Notes under the pieces: model-generated
Told to the model about the DNA's origin: nothing
Databases searched by the model: none
Seen by the model: the letters and a program-made list of their open reading frames with translations, nothing else
NCBI GenBank assembly: GCA_004524565.1
Contig: SDNZ01000001.1
Location: 12,455 to 76,454, forward strand
Direction: 5' to 3'
DNA length: 64,000 nt
DNA from: Candidatus Thorarchaeota archaeon
GTDB taxonomy: Archaea; Asgardarchaeota; Thorarchaeia; Thorarchaeales; Thorarchaeaceae
Position numbers and translations under genes: made by a program
Part shown: positions 56,559-64,000 of the stretch, one piece after another
How the letters are laid out: every line of letters begins with the position of its first letter
Position numbering within the stretch: the first letter of the stretch is position 1

Positions 56559-58502
56559 CTATACAGCCAGATACTTTTGTCTGATTAATGGTATTGCAAC
56601 AATAGTGAGAGAAGTCAGAATGCCTAATCCAAAACCGTTGATACCAATACCTTGGGATGTCAAAATATCCACAAGTGAAATGGAGATATTTATAGATCCA
56701 GTCAAAGAAGCTATATTGTGAGTCTGTTCTATAGCGTAATATAATGTATAATTTCCACTAATACCAGGAACTGGTAAATGTATCACTGATAAACCATCTT
56801 TTTGGGTAAGTGCATGATTTTCAATTGATAACCAAATGACATAGATTGGAATTCCTTCAATTAACGAACCATTCAAGCACGTTACTTGAAGGTAGACTGT
56901 GACTCTTTGAAGAGGAGGAACTATTTCGTAGTAATCAAGTTCTACTAAGACGGGAATGGAGGTACTGACTGTCAGAAGATAGTCGAGCTTCGTTGATAAT
57001 TCGTATCGAGTCAGATTCATTGGATAAATAACTGAGAAATTGTATATTCCTTCATAATTAGGAGCAAAAGCTGTAATAATTGCAATTCCACTTTCGTTTG
57101 TAATGACTGATGTAACTATCTCACCGTCACATAGAAGATGCATGGGTTGGTCACTGATGTTCCTAGACCAATCTGCAAGTTGCACAATGAAATTGAGTTC
57201 TTGGTTTGGAGATGCAAAATTGAATGTATTGCTATAGATAAGTATCAATTCTGGCTGTGACCATATCACAATATTCTGCATTATTGTCCTATTAATAACA
57301 AATTGGTTTCCAATCTCTATCATAAAATCATGCAGTCCTACAGGTTCAAGAAATGTGAATTTAAAATTGAAATCTATTGTATCATGAGGTACTTGTATGG
57401 TCATATTTCGTCCATTTGAAATATCGATTACACTAAGTGTGGTTTCGATTGGACGCCCGAGTATATCACACAATGAGATTGTAACATTTGTATCTAATCC
57501 GATAGCTGCAGGTGAGGATATTTCTATATCGATAATTGCTGGGCTGAGAACATCGAATTCAATTATACAAGAGGTTTTTGAATATCGTTCTGATCCATTA
57601 TAGAATATATTTAGAAAATGGTGACTCAATGAAAATTGCTCATTAATAGCTATATTGATTGTGCCATTACCTAAGGAATCGGTCGTTGCAACAGTCAATG
57701 GAGTCCCATCAAGAAATACTTCAAGATTAGCAGAAATTCCTCCATCGATACTTGTTAGCATTACCTCCAAATCAAGAGAATCATCCAGTAAGATGGAATC
57801 AATTGAGAAATTTGATTGTATTGAAGTCTGGATTTTTTGTATTTCAATAGAAAAATTAGTTTCGGCACGTTCGTAGTAGTTTTCGATATCCTGTTCGTGT
57901 ACAATCTTGATTACGTTTTCACCTAGTATACTCCATGAACTATTACAATGAATCGAAAAAGATGCATCACCGGTGCTATTAGTCACAGCAGTTGCAAGAA
58001 AGATGTCATCACTGAAAACAAAAAGAGTTCTATTGTTTATTGGATTGGAGGTATCATCAAGAAGAACAACAGAGAATGAAAGTGTATCATCAGGAGCTAG
58101 CATTAATGGAACGCCCTGTAGTACAATCTCCGTCGATGCTAATATATTCAGAATAAAACTTTGGTTAGAAGGTACAAGAAAGAGCGACTCATTTCCACGA
58201 AAGGTAGCATTGATTTGCGTTGGACCCAATGAATAATCAAAAGGAATATTCCAATCGATTGATGCTAGACCATTCACATCCGTAGTATCAATACCAAGCA
58301 ATAGATTGTGGGTCTGGTCATAGAACTCAATACTTTGTTCTGGCACTGGATTTCCATAAGACCCATTTTGTAGAAGTATCACAGAGATGGTTATATTCTG
58401 TCCTCGAACAGCAACATGTTCTTCGTCTGCACCTACAGTACCTATGCTTGAAGCAACAATAAGGAATGCCAAAGTAGCAATCAATAGAAGAGCATTACGC
58501 AT
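56559..58502 (-). CDS. Large secreted Ig-like repeat surface glycoprotein with an N-terminal signal peptide and a C-terminal TM anchor.
   Basis: N-terminus 'MRNALLLIATLAFLIVASSIGTVGA'. C-terminus '...GFGLGILTSLTIVAIPLIRQKYLAV' is a hydrophobic anchor plus a basic tail. Many N-x-S/T sequons. Confidence 0.55.
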   Translation of the reverse strand: MRNALLLIATLAFLIVASSIGTVGADEEHVAVRGQNITISVILLQNGSYGNPVPEQSIEFYDQTHNLLLGIDTTDVNGLASIDWNIPFDYSLGPTQINATFRGNESLFLVPSNQSFILNILASTEIVLQGVPLMLAPDDTLSFSVVLLDDTSNPINNRTLFVFSDDIFLATAVTNSTGDASFSIHCNSSWSILGENVIKIVHEQDIENYYERAETNFSIEIQKIQTSIQSNFSIDSILLDDSLDLEVMLTSIDGGISANLEVFLDGTPLTVATTDSLGNGTINIAINEQFSLSHHFLNIFYNGSERYSKTSCIIEFDVLSPAIIDIEISSPAAIGLDTNVTISLCDILGRPIETTLSVIDISNGRNMTIQVPHDTIDFNFKFTFLEPVGLHDFMIEIGNQFVINRTIMQNIVIWSQPELILIYSNTFNFASPNQELNFIVQLADWSRNISDQPMHLLCDGEIVTSVITNESGIAIITAFAPNYEGIYNFSVIYPMNLTRYELSTKLDYLLTVSTSIPVLVELDYYEIVPPLQRVTVYLQVTCLNGSLIEGIPIYVIWLSIENHALTQKDGLSVIHLPVPGISGNYTLYYAIEQTHNIASLTGSINISISLVDILTSQGIGINGFGLGILTSLTIVAIPLIRQKYLAV

Positions 58503-58695
58503 ATTTTGGGTTTGCAGTACTAAACCTCCAGTGATGATATTTCAACTCTACTTTGAGTGTGATTTTGAGTTTTTAATCTCCTATACATTGGTAGAGAATA
58601 TTGAGGGGAGTTCTTATGTCAAGCTTGGGCACAATGGTTCGGTTCCAATGCAGTGAAACTCATGAGAATAATCAGAGAATAAGGGAGAATTCCAT

Positions 58696-61600
58696 TTGCC
58701 ATTCCATTTATCTTTCAAACGTACGAAGAAAGAGGACAGCTCTTTCAAATTAGAAGATTCTAGGAGTATCTTATGGATAAATAGAGTGTGGATTCTTGGG
58801 ATCTTTAGTATCATTCTCTACTTTTTAATTGTCTATATCTTACCCCTCTATAAAGTGATAACAACTCCTCTGATTCCTTTCAAGACTGCTATTGAAATCA
58901 TTGTTTGCCTTATACCAATTTTTTCTGGTGCTTTTCTTAGCAAACAAAGAATGGAGCAAACCAATCTAGCAGTGTCTGTGGAAAATGAAATGATGCTGAT
59001 TGATCATAATGGCCGCACTATTGGATTATGCTGCCTTGAAATCATGTCCACAGCAAGCTCAATCTCTTTGGATGATAAAGGATACCCAAAGTACAATGCT
59101 TCTATGTTATTAGCAATGAGATCAGGAATGGACAAATCAGTGAATATGGCTTTTGAGGCAGGAATTTCCGAAGGAGAACCATTCTTACGAATTTTCATCA
59201 CTGCTACAGGTACTGATTCATATTTGATTAAGGAAATAATTCGAAGAGAAGCAACTAGAGCCGAAGCTATTCTATTGGCATCATTAAATATGATTGATCT
59301 GAGAATTCTTGAAGGGCATGAGTTAGAAGGAGCCGCCGCTCTCTTTGTTGATAATACTGATTACAAGTCAGGTGATATTTTCCAAGAAATTGATAGTGAA
59401 CGAGCTCTTGTAGTACTGAAAGGTAGTCCCAGAGTTAATCCATCAATTGACGCATCTCAAGTAGGTACTTTTATCTCAACTGCTATGAAAAAGGGATATT
59501 CTGTAACTATGACTTGTATTTTCTCTGCAGCAAGACCTGGTAGAGAAAGAAAACGACTTGAAGGAAAATGGAAAACAATACAATCGAAAGAGAAACGAAA
59601 AGAGGAGTCTCTGAAAGATCACGCCCTGAAAAAACAATTGGTCACACAATATGAAGAAATTCAAGATGATGTAGGATGGTTTGATTCAACAGTATATTTT
59701 GTAATCAAGCAAAACCTGCGTAGTGATATTGCCGTAGCTACAGAAGGAGTGAGAGGATTAATACTTTCGATTTGGGGAGGGCATGATTCATTCAAGTTGG
59801 ATATGAAGAAAATTAAACGAAGAACAGCTTTAAGGTTGTTATCAAAATCCCATCTTAAAAAACAAAGAATGCATGTTAGTAAACTTGTGTCCTTCGTCAA
59901 TACACCAGTTAGGAGTCTTCCAATTATTGGACCAGAAGAAGCACCTGTATTCCAGATTCCTTCCCGTGAATCTTTAGGGAAAGATATTATGATTGGGGAT
60001 ACCATTTTTGATGGTAGACCCTTTTCAAGTGCGGGGCTAGAGATAGAATGGCTTAGAGAACATGTAGCAGTTTTAGGTGCGACTGGTACAGGAAAAACAA
60101 CCTTGGTGAAGCATCTCATTAGTCAGATTAGTGAAAAATCGGATATACCTTGGTGGATTTTTGATGTGAAAGGATCGGAGTATGCGGGATTGATAAAGCA
60201 TAGTGAAAGTGGGATTACTATCTTACGTCCTGGACTTGACTCATCATTTGTGATTAACCTAATGGATTCTAAAGCAGTAAATGCAGAGAGCTCTGCATAC
60301 TCTACATTCATCATGTTGAAGGAATTACTCAAGGAGAGAGGAGACTCATCAGAATTGTCTCCTGCAATGGAACGATTACTTAGAGAATCAGTAATGAAAC
60401 TAGCGGATTCTCTAGAAGAAAACAACTCAGTTCAATCATTGGCAGATATGATAACACAGTTAGCTTCAAACGATCGTATGGGTCAAATGACAAGGGATGC
60501 ACTTCTCAATCGCCTTCAAATTTTATTCCAAGAACCACTTGGTGATATTCTTCGTGGAGGTGCTGATGCGATTGATATCTCAAGTCTATTAGACAAACGA
60601 ATTATCCTAGACCTGAGTTATGTTGCAAGAATTGGAGGTATGGATTCAGCACGGATACTATACAATCTTATTGCAAAGCGGATTTTTGAAAGAGCAATGA
60701 AGAGAGGCATTGTTTCAGGACTACGCCATATAGTGGTTCTTGAAGAAGCCAACAATCTAGTACCTGAAAGTTACTCTAAACACTCTTCTGCTGATGTTAC
60801 CACTGGTGAATCAATGGTTTTGTTGCAGCGTGCTACAGGTCAGGGAGTTATTGTAGTTTCGACACGACCTAATATCTCATCAAATATTCTAGCAAATACT
60901 GCAACAAAGATAGTATTTCGATTGCCATATGACAGTGAAATTGGAGGCAAGTTCCTATCATTAAATGAAAAACAAGAGACCTATTTGCGGAGTATGAAGT
61001 GTGGCCGAGCCTTAGTTTCGATCCCCGATACTGAGACCTTTGAGATTGCAACGAAGTTGTTCATCGATAAAGTGATTCCAGAATCTGAAGATACAGAACC
61101 TGAGAAAGAAGAAATGCTTCATCAAGAACAACAAGTTTTGGTTCAAGATACGATAGTAGTAAAAGAAGATGAACCGGAAGAAAAAAAGGTCGAGGAAATT
61201 CCTGATACAGAAGCACAAACTGTTGTTTTTGACAGAGTGGGGCGTTTTGGAAATCATGTTGTAGCGTTCTTAGCTTCGGCAGGAATGTCAACAGAACAGG
61301 AGATACGTGAATTGTTGACTTCTCTTAATCCAACTGTAATGGAAGATGATATTTCAGAAGTCATAAGAGATTTAGTCACACTGGGTACAATAGAACGTGA
61401 GGCACTATCTTTAGTTCCTGGTGGCTTCGTCTTTACACTTCCTGATAATGGTTTAGAAGCTATTCGGAAGGTCATTGTACAGTACATTTCAGACAAGTTA
61501 GGAATAGAGCAAGATTCCAATACCGAGAGGCAACCAGAATGGCCTGATATGATTGTTGATGAAAAAGCTGTTGTTATTCTACCGCAACATCTCAGAGCTT

Positions 61601-62472
61601 CTTCGATGGAATCTACCATGACAAAAATTAGACATTATATGGAAATGCTCCAAAATGGAATTAGCGAATTATTTGTTGTTGTAAGAGGAAGTGTTGCAGC
61701 TGCTAAGCTTCGAGAATTATTAGATAAGTTTGAAGAGTTCGATGCAGTCAGGGTTGTTTCTGCATTCCCCAGCTCTCTAGATTCAATGATTGAAAATTTG
61801 AGCCGAGGATCTGTTTCCAATGAAGTTGCAAGCGAGGTAGATGAAGATATGGACCTTATTGGTGCAATGCATGATATAGGACCAGCAACAAGTAGGGCAA
61901 TTCAGATTCGATTATGGTTTGGTTTAATTCAAGATTTTGTCGATTTATCAAATGGTCAAATTAAATGGGAAGTGCTTCTTGAATTCATTGAGACCACTGC
62001 ACTACAATCTCTTAAGGGCAGATCAGCTCCATTAACTGTGGAGGAAGGGAGAAGGGCTTTGACAGAGCTTCTGGCAGATGAAGTACTGATTGCTTTACGC
62101 TCGAGTGGAGATAACAAGTTTGTTGATATGGACCAAGGTCTATGGATAGTTAATTCTTCAATATTAAAGAAATTAAAAGAAACATCAATTCAGATTATAG
62201 AAACTGAGCTTAGGAAACACCATTCTAAAGTTTCTCGCAATCATGGTTACTATGATCTTTGTGCAAACAATACATCCTATGTAGTTTTTCCAAATCAACA
62301 ACAATTGAGTACCCTCTTGAATTTACATAGTGATATTGCTTGTAGGACATGTAAATCATCCAAGGTTGTATGTATTCTCACGGCTTCAGAATATCTTGAA
62401 GATAGTGTGGTTACTCCTGGAAATCTAGTCATTAAGACAATGGATGATAGTGTTTCTGCTCTTGTGACCTAA
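58696..62472 (+). CDS. Giant membrane-anchored FtsK/HerA-superfamily P-loop ATPase (DUF87/VirB4/VirD4-like architecture) with a long C-terminal extension.
   Basis: 1258 aa. Two N-terminal TM helices ('ILGIFSIILYFLIVYILPLY', 'AIEIIVCLIPIFSGAFL'). 'HVAVLGATGTGKTTLVKHL' Walker A and 'HIVVLEEANNL' Walker B (hhhhDEAH-like). Acidic linker 'PESEDTEPEKEEMLHQEQQ'. C-terminal ~400 aa helical/wH-like. Confidence 0.7.
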   Translation: MPFHLSFKRTKKEDSSFKLEDSRSILWINRVWILGIFSIILYFLIVYILPLYKVITTPLIPFKTAIEIIVCLIPIFSGAFLSKQRMEQTNLAVSVENEMMLIDHNGRTIGLCCLEIMSTASSISLDDKGYPKYNASMLLAMRSGMDKSVNMAFEAGISEGEPFLRIFITATGTDSYLIKEIIRREATRAEAILLASLNMIDLRILEGHELEGAAALFVDNTDYKSGDIFQEIDSERALVVLKGSPRVNPSIDASQVGTFISTAMKKGYSVTMTCIFSAARPGRERKRLEGKWKTIQSKEKRKEESLKDHALKKQLVTQYEEIQDDVGWFDSTVYFVIKQNLRSDIAVATEGVRGLILSIWGGHDSFKLDMKKIKRRTALRLLSKSHLKKQRMHVSKLVSFVNTPVRSLPIIGPEEAPVFQIPSRESLGKDIMIGDTIFDGRPFSSAGLEIEWLREHVAVLGATGTGKTTLVKHLISQISEKSDIPWWIFDVKGSEYAGLIKHSESGITILRPGLDSSFVINLMDSKAVNAESSAYSTFIMLKELLKERGDSSELSPAMERLLRESVMKLADSLEENNSVQSLADMITQLASNDRMGQMTRDALLNRLQILFQEPLGDILRGGADAIDISSLLDKRIILDLSYVARIGGMDSARILYNLIAKRIFERAMKRGIVSGLRHIVVLEEANNLVPESYSKHSSADVTTGESMVLLQRATGQGVIVVSTRPNISSNILANTATKIVFRLPYDSEIGGKFLSLNEKQETYLRSMKCGRALVSIPDTETFEIATKLFIDKVIPESEDTEPEKEEMLHQEQQVLVQDTIVVKEDEPEEKKVEEIPDTEAQTVVFDRVGRFGNHVVAFLASAGMSTEQEIRELLTSLNPTVMEDDISEVIRDLVTLGTIEREALSLVPGGFVFTLPDNGLEAIRKVIVQYISDKLGIEQDSNTERQPEWPDMIVDEKAVVILPQHLRASSMESTMTKIRHYMEMLQNGISELFVVVRGSVAAAKLRELLDKFEEFDAVRVVSAFPSSLDSMIENLSRGSVSNEVASEVDEDMDLIGAMHDIGPATSRAIQIRLWFGLIQDFVDLSNGQIKWEVLLEFIETTALQSLKGRSAPLTVEEGRRALTELLADEVLIALRSSGDNKFVDMDQGLWIVNSSILKKLKETSIQIIETELRKHHSKVSRNHGYYDLCANNTSYVVFPNQQQLSTLLNLHSDIACRTCKSSKVVCILTASEYLEDSVVTPGNLVIKTMDDSVSALVT

Positions 62473-63275
62473 GTTGATTGGATTCTCGTGCAAATTACAG
62501 ATTTGTTCTCAAGTAATGCAGTTAAACGGCCAGAAACAAGCAAATTAAAAATTGCAATCTCCACATTCAGATTAGCTAAATCTAAAAGCTCTGTAATCTT
62601 CTTAGTCATTCCTCCAGTCACATCTGTACTAGAAGAGGGACCTGTTAGTGAAAGTATTTCTGTTTTGTTTGAGTTATTGATAAGGGGAATGGGTTTTGCA
62701 TTTGGATTATCTGTTGGGTTGTCATCCATGACACCATCTACATTAGTACCAATAAGAACAGCTCTAGGCATGAGCTGCTCAGCAAGATGTTTTGCAATTG
62801 TGTCGCCACTAAGGATGGATGCAGATTTTGTTTTGTCGATACATACATCCCCATGAATAATAACAGAAATACCAGCTTTCAATGTTTCTTCGATTATCTC
62901 TGTTGAAAAATGGTCTATCAAATTGTTACGCAGTGTTACGAACATGAAGGGAGAAATAACTACTCCAGGAATCCCTTGAATTTTCAGTTCCTTTTCAACT
63001 CTTGATGCAAGCAGCAACATATTATGGCGTATCTCTGGAATTCCTGCAAGAAGCTTTTCTGAGGGTGTATCAGGATTTCCAAAACCATGTTTATGAGCTG
63101 CTTGATGGCCATGCGCTCCACCACCAATGACAATTATCAACTTGCCTTTGTGTACTGCGAGCTCTTTCACAATGCGACTGAGATGGTCCTCATTAACTGT
63201 GGGGGGGGATGATTCTTTGTGAGTAATCACCGATCCTCCTAATTTGACAATAACGAGATTCTCCAATTGTAACAC
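62469..63275 (-). CDS. Isopentenyl phosphate kinase (amino-acid kinase family; archaeal mevalonate pathway).
   Basis: 'VIVKLGGSVITHK' and 'IIVIGGGAHGHQAAHKHG' match the IPK glycine-rich and His motifs. 268 aa. Confidence 0.7.
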   Translation of the reverse strand: MLQLENLVIVKLGGSVITHKESSPPTVNEDHLSRIVKELAVHKGKLIIVIGGGAHGHQAAHKHGFGNPDTPSEKLLAGIPEIRHNMLLLASRVEKELKIQGIPGVVISPFMFVTLRNNLIDHFSTEIIEETLKAGISVIIHGDVCIDKTKSASILSGDTIAKHLAEQLMPRAVLIGTNVDGVMDDNPTDNPNAKPIPLINNSNKTEILSLTGPSSSTDVTGGMTKKITELLDLANLNVEIAIFNLLVSGRLTALLENKSVICTRIQST

Positions 63276-63409
63276 ATTTTGTCAGGAGTGATACTACTCT
63301 TATGGACGTTATCATTTTATGGTGAACAATTGATTCACAAGACAAGCTTTTTATCCGATTCATTTTCCGTAGCCCTTGGACACCTCTTAAAGCCGAGAGT
63401 GATTATTAC

Positions 63410-63721
63410 ATGACTCAGAGAGCACGAATACGATTGTCAAGCACGAGTACAGAACATCTGGATGGAGTCTGTAATCAAATTAAACGAATTACTAGAAAAA
63501 CAGGTGTCCGAATGGCAGGTCCGATACCACTACCTACTCGTAGAATGGTAATCCCTACAAGAAAGACTCCCTGTGGTCAGGGGTCTGAATCATGGGATAA
63601 ATGGGAAATGCGTGTTCATAAAAGGCTCATTGATATTGATGCAGATGAAAGAGCTATTCGTCAGATTATGCGTGTAAGAATCCCGGACTCAGTCTATATT
63701 GAGATTGAACTAACTGGATAA
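63410..63721 (+). CDS. rps10: Ribosomal protein S10 (uS10).
   Basis: '[42 protein letters not shown]'. 103 aa. Confidence 0.9.
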   Translation: MTQRARIRLSSTSTEHLDGVCNQIKRITRKTGVRMAGPIPLPTRRMVIPTRKTPCGQGSESWDKWEMRVHKRLIDIDADERAIRQIMRVRIPDSVYIEIELTG

Positions 63722-63804
63722 GCTAGTACGTTTTCAGTCACTACGAAACCCTTTTTGCACAATAGTGCAAACCCTACACATTCTACCTCTGAGGAATTCA
63801 GGCT

Positions 63805-64000
63805 ATGTGTGGTATTATTGGTGTAGTCCAAAAGCGAGGTGATGTCGCTCCATTCATACATCAAGCACTTAAACGACTAGAATATAGGGGCTACGATTCT
63901 GTAGGAGTAACTACTATTGAAAAGAATAAGTTATACATCAAGAAGGATAAGGGGAAAGTAGAAGAAGTTCATAGAAAGCTAGATCTTGATGAAATGCCAG
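63805..64000 (+). CDS. glmS: Glutamine--fructose-6-phosphate aminotransferase (GlmS), N-terminal fragment that continues beyond the window.
   Basis: 'MCGIIGVV...LKRLEYRGYDSVGV' is a class II Ntn-amidotransferase N-terminus with the GlmS-type pattern. Confidence 0.65.
   Translation, partial: MCGIIGVVQKRGDVAPFIHQALKRLEYRGYDSVGVTTIEKNKLYIKKDKGKVEEVHRKLDLDEMP

Noticed and set aside
60869-61291. Several 60-80-aa minus-strand ORFs inside the 1258-aa ATPase gene.
   Set aside because: They are antisense to the acidic linker region of a long well-supported ORF. Their sequences are low-complexity (poly-F/L) and spurious.
1-64000. Search for CRISPR arrays, IS elements, integrases or prophage genes.
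   Set aside because: No direct-repeat/spacer periodicity, no transposase/integrase-like ORFs and no terminal inverted repeats were seen. The tRNA genes are intact rather than serving as truncated att sites.

Overview
Archaeal chromosomal segment of moderate GC content (by eye roughly 40-45%), densely packed with short intergenic spacers and no recognisable mobile elements or CRISPR arrays. The lineage is probably TACK/Asgard-like and not Euryarchaeota. This is inferred from the co-occurrence of an Rpb8-like Rpo8, PolD, two PCNAs, S3Ae and many non-canonical tRNA introns. The first ~39 kb form a 'replication island': GINS51-like (partial), PriS, two tandem PCNA paralogs, Orc1/Cdc6-1 beside the PolD small subunit, a RecJ/Cdc45-like DHH protein, HerA-NurA, a second Orc1/Cdc6, RFC large and small subunits, Gins23-like, MCM and Hel308. 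RNAP, exosome and KEOPS genes are interleaved (TFS, RpoL, Csl4, Kae1-Bud32, Sm). Five tRNAs are present. Ser, Leu and Glu carry introns at non-canonical positions (T-arm, variable-arm junction and D-arm respectively), Pro carries a canonical 37/38 intron, and Gly is intron-less. Two modules look most like candidate undescribed systems. (i) 47.1-49.6 kb: a tandem-roadblock (MglB-like) protein, an unknown 306-aa protein and an MglA/Arf-like small GTPase. (ii) 53.2-62.5 kb: an Rpo8-TFB pair immediately followed by a T2SSE/FlaI/TadA-type secretion ATPase with an N-terminal Cys cluster, a 75-aa Flp/pilin-like protein, an intron-bearing tRNA-Glu, a large Ig-like glycosylated surface protein and a 1258-aa membrane-anchored FtsK/HerA/VirD4-type P-loop ATPase. 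A second similar surface protein lies at 50.7-52.6 kb. Other points are an ORB-like dyad at the 5' end of orc1-1 (a candidate origin, and a mis-called start codon), an orphan KorA alpha subunit, Csl4 with an RG-rich tail, and PriS with duplicated zinc-ribbon inserts.
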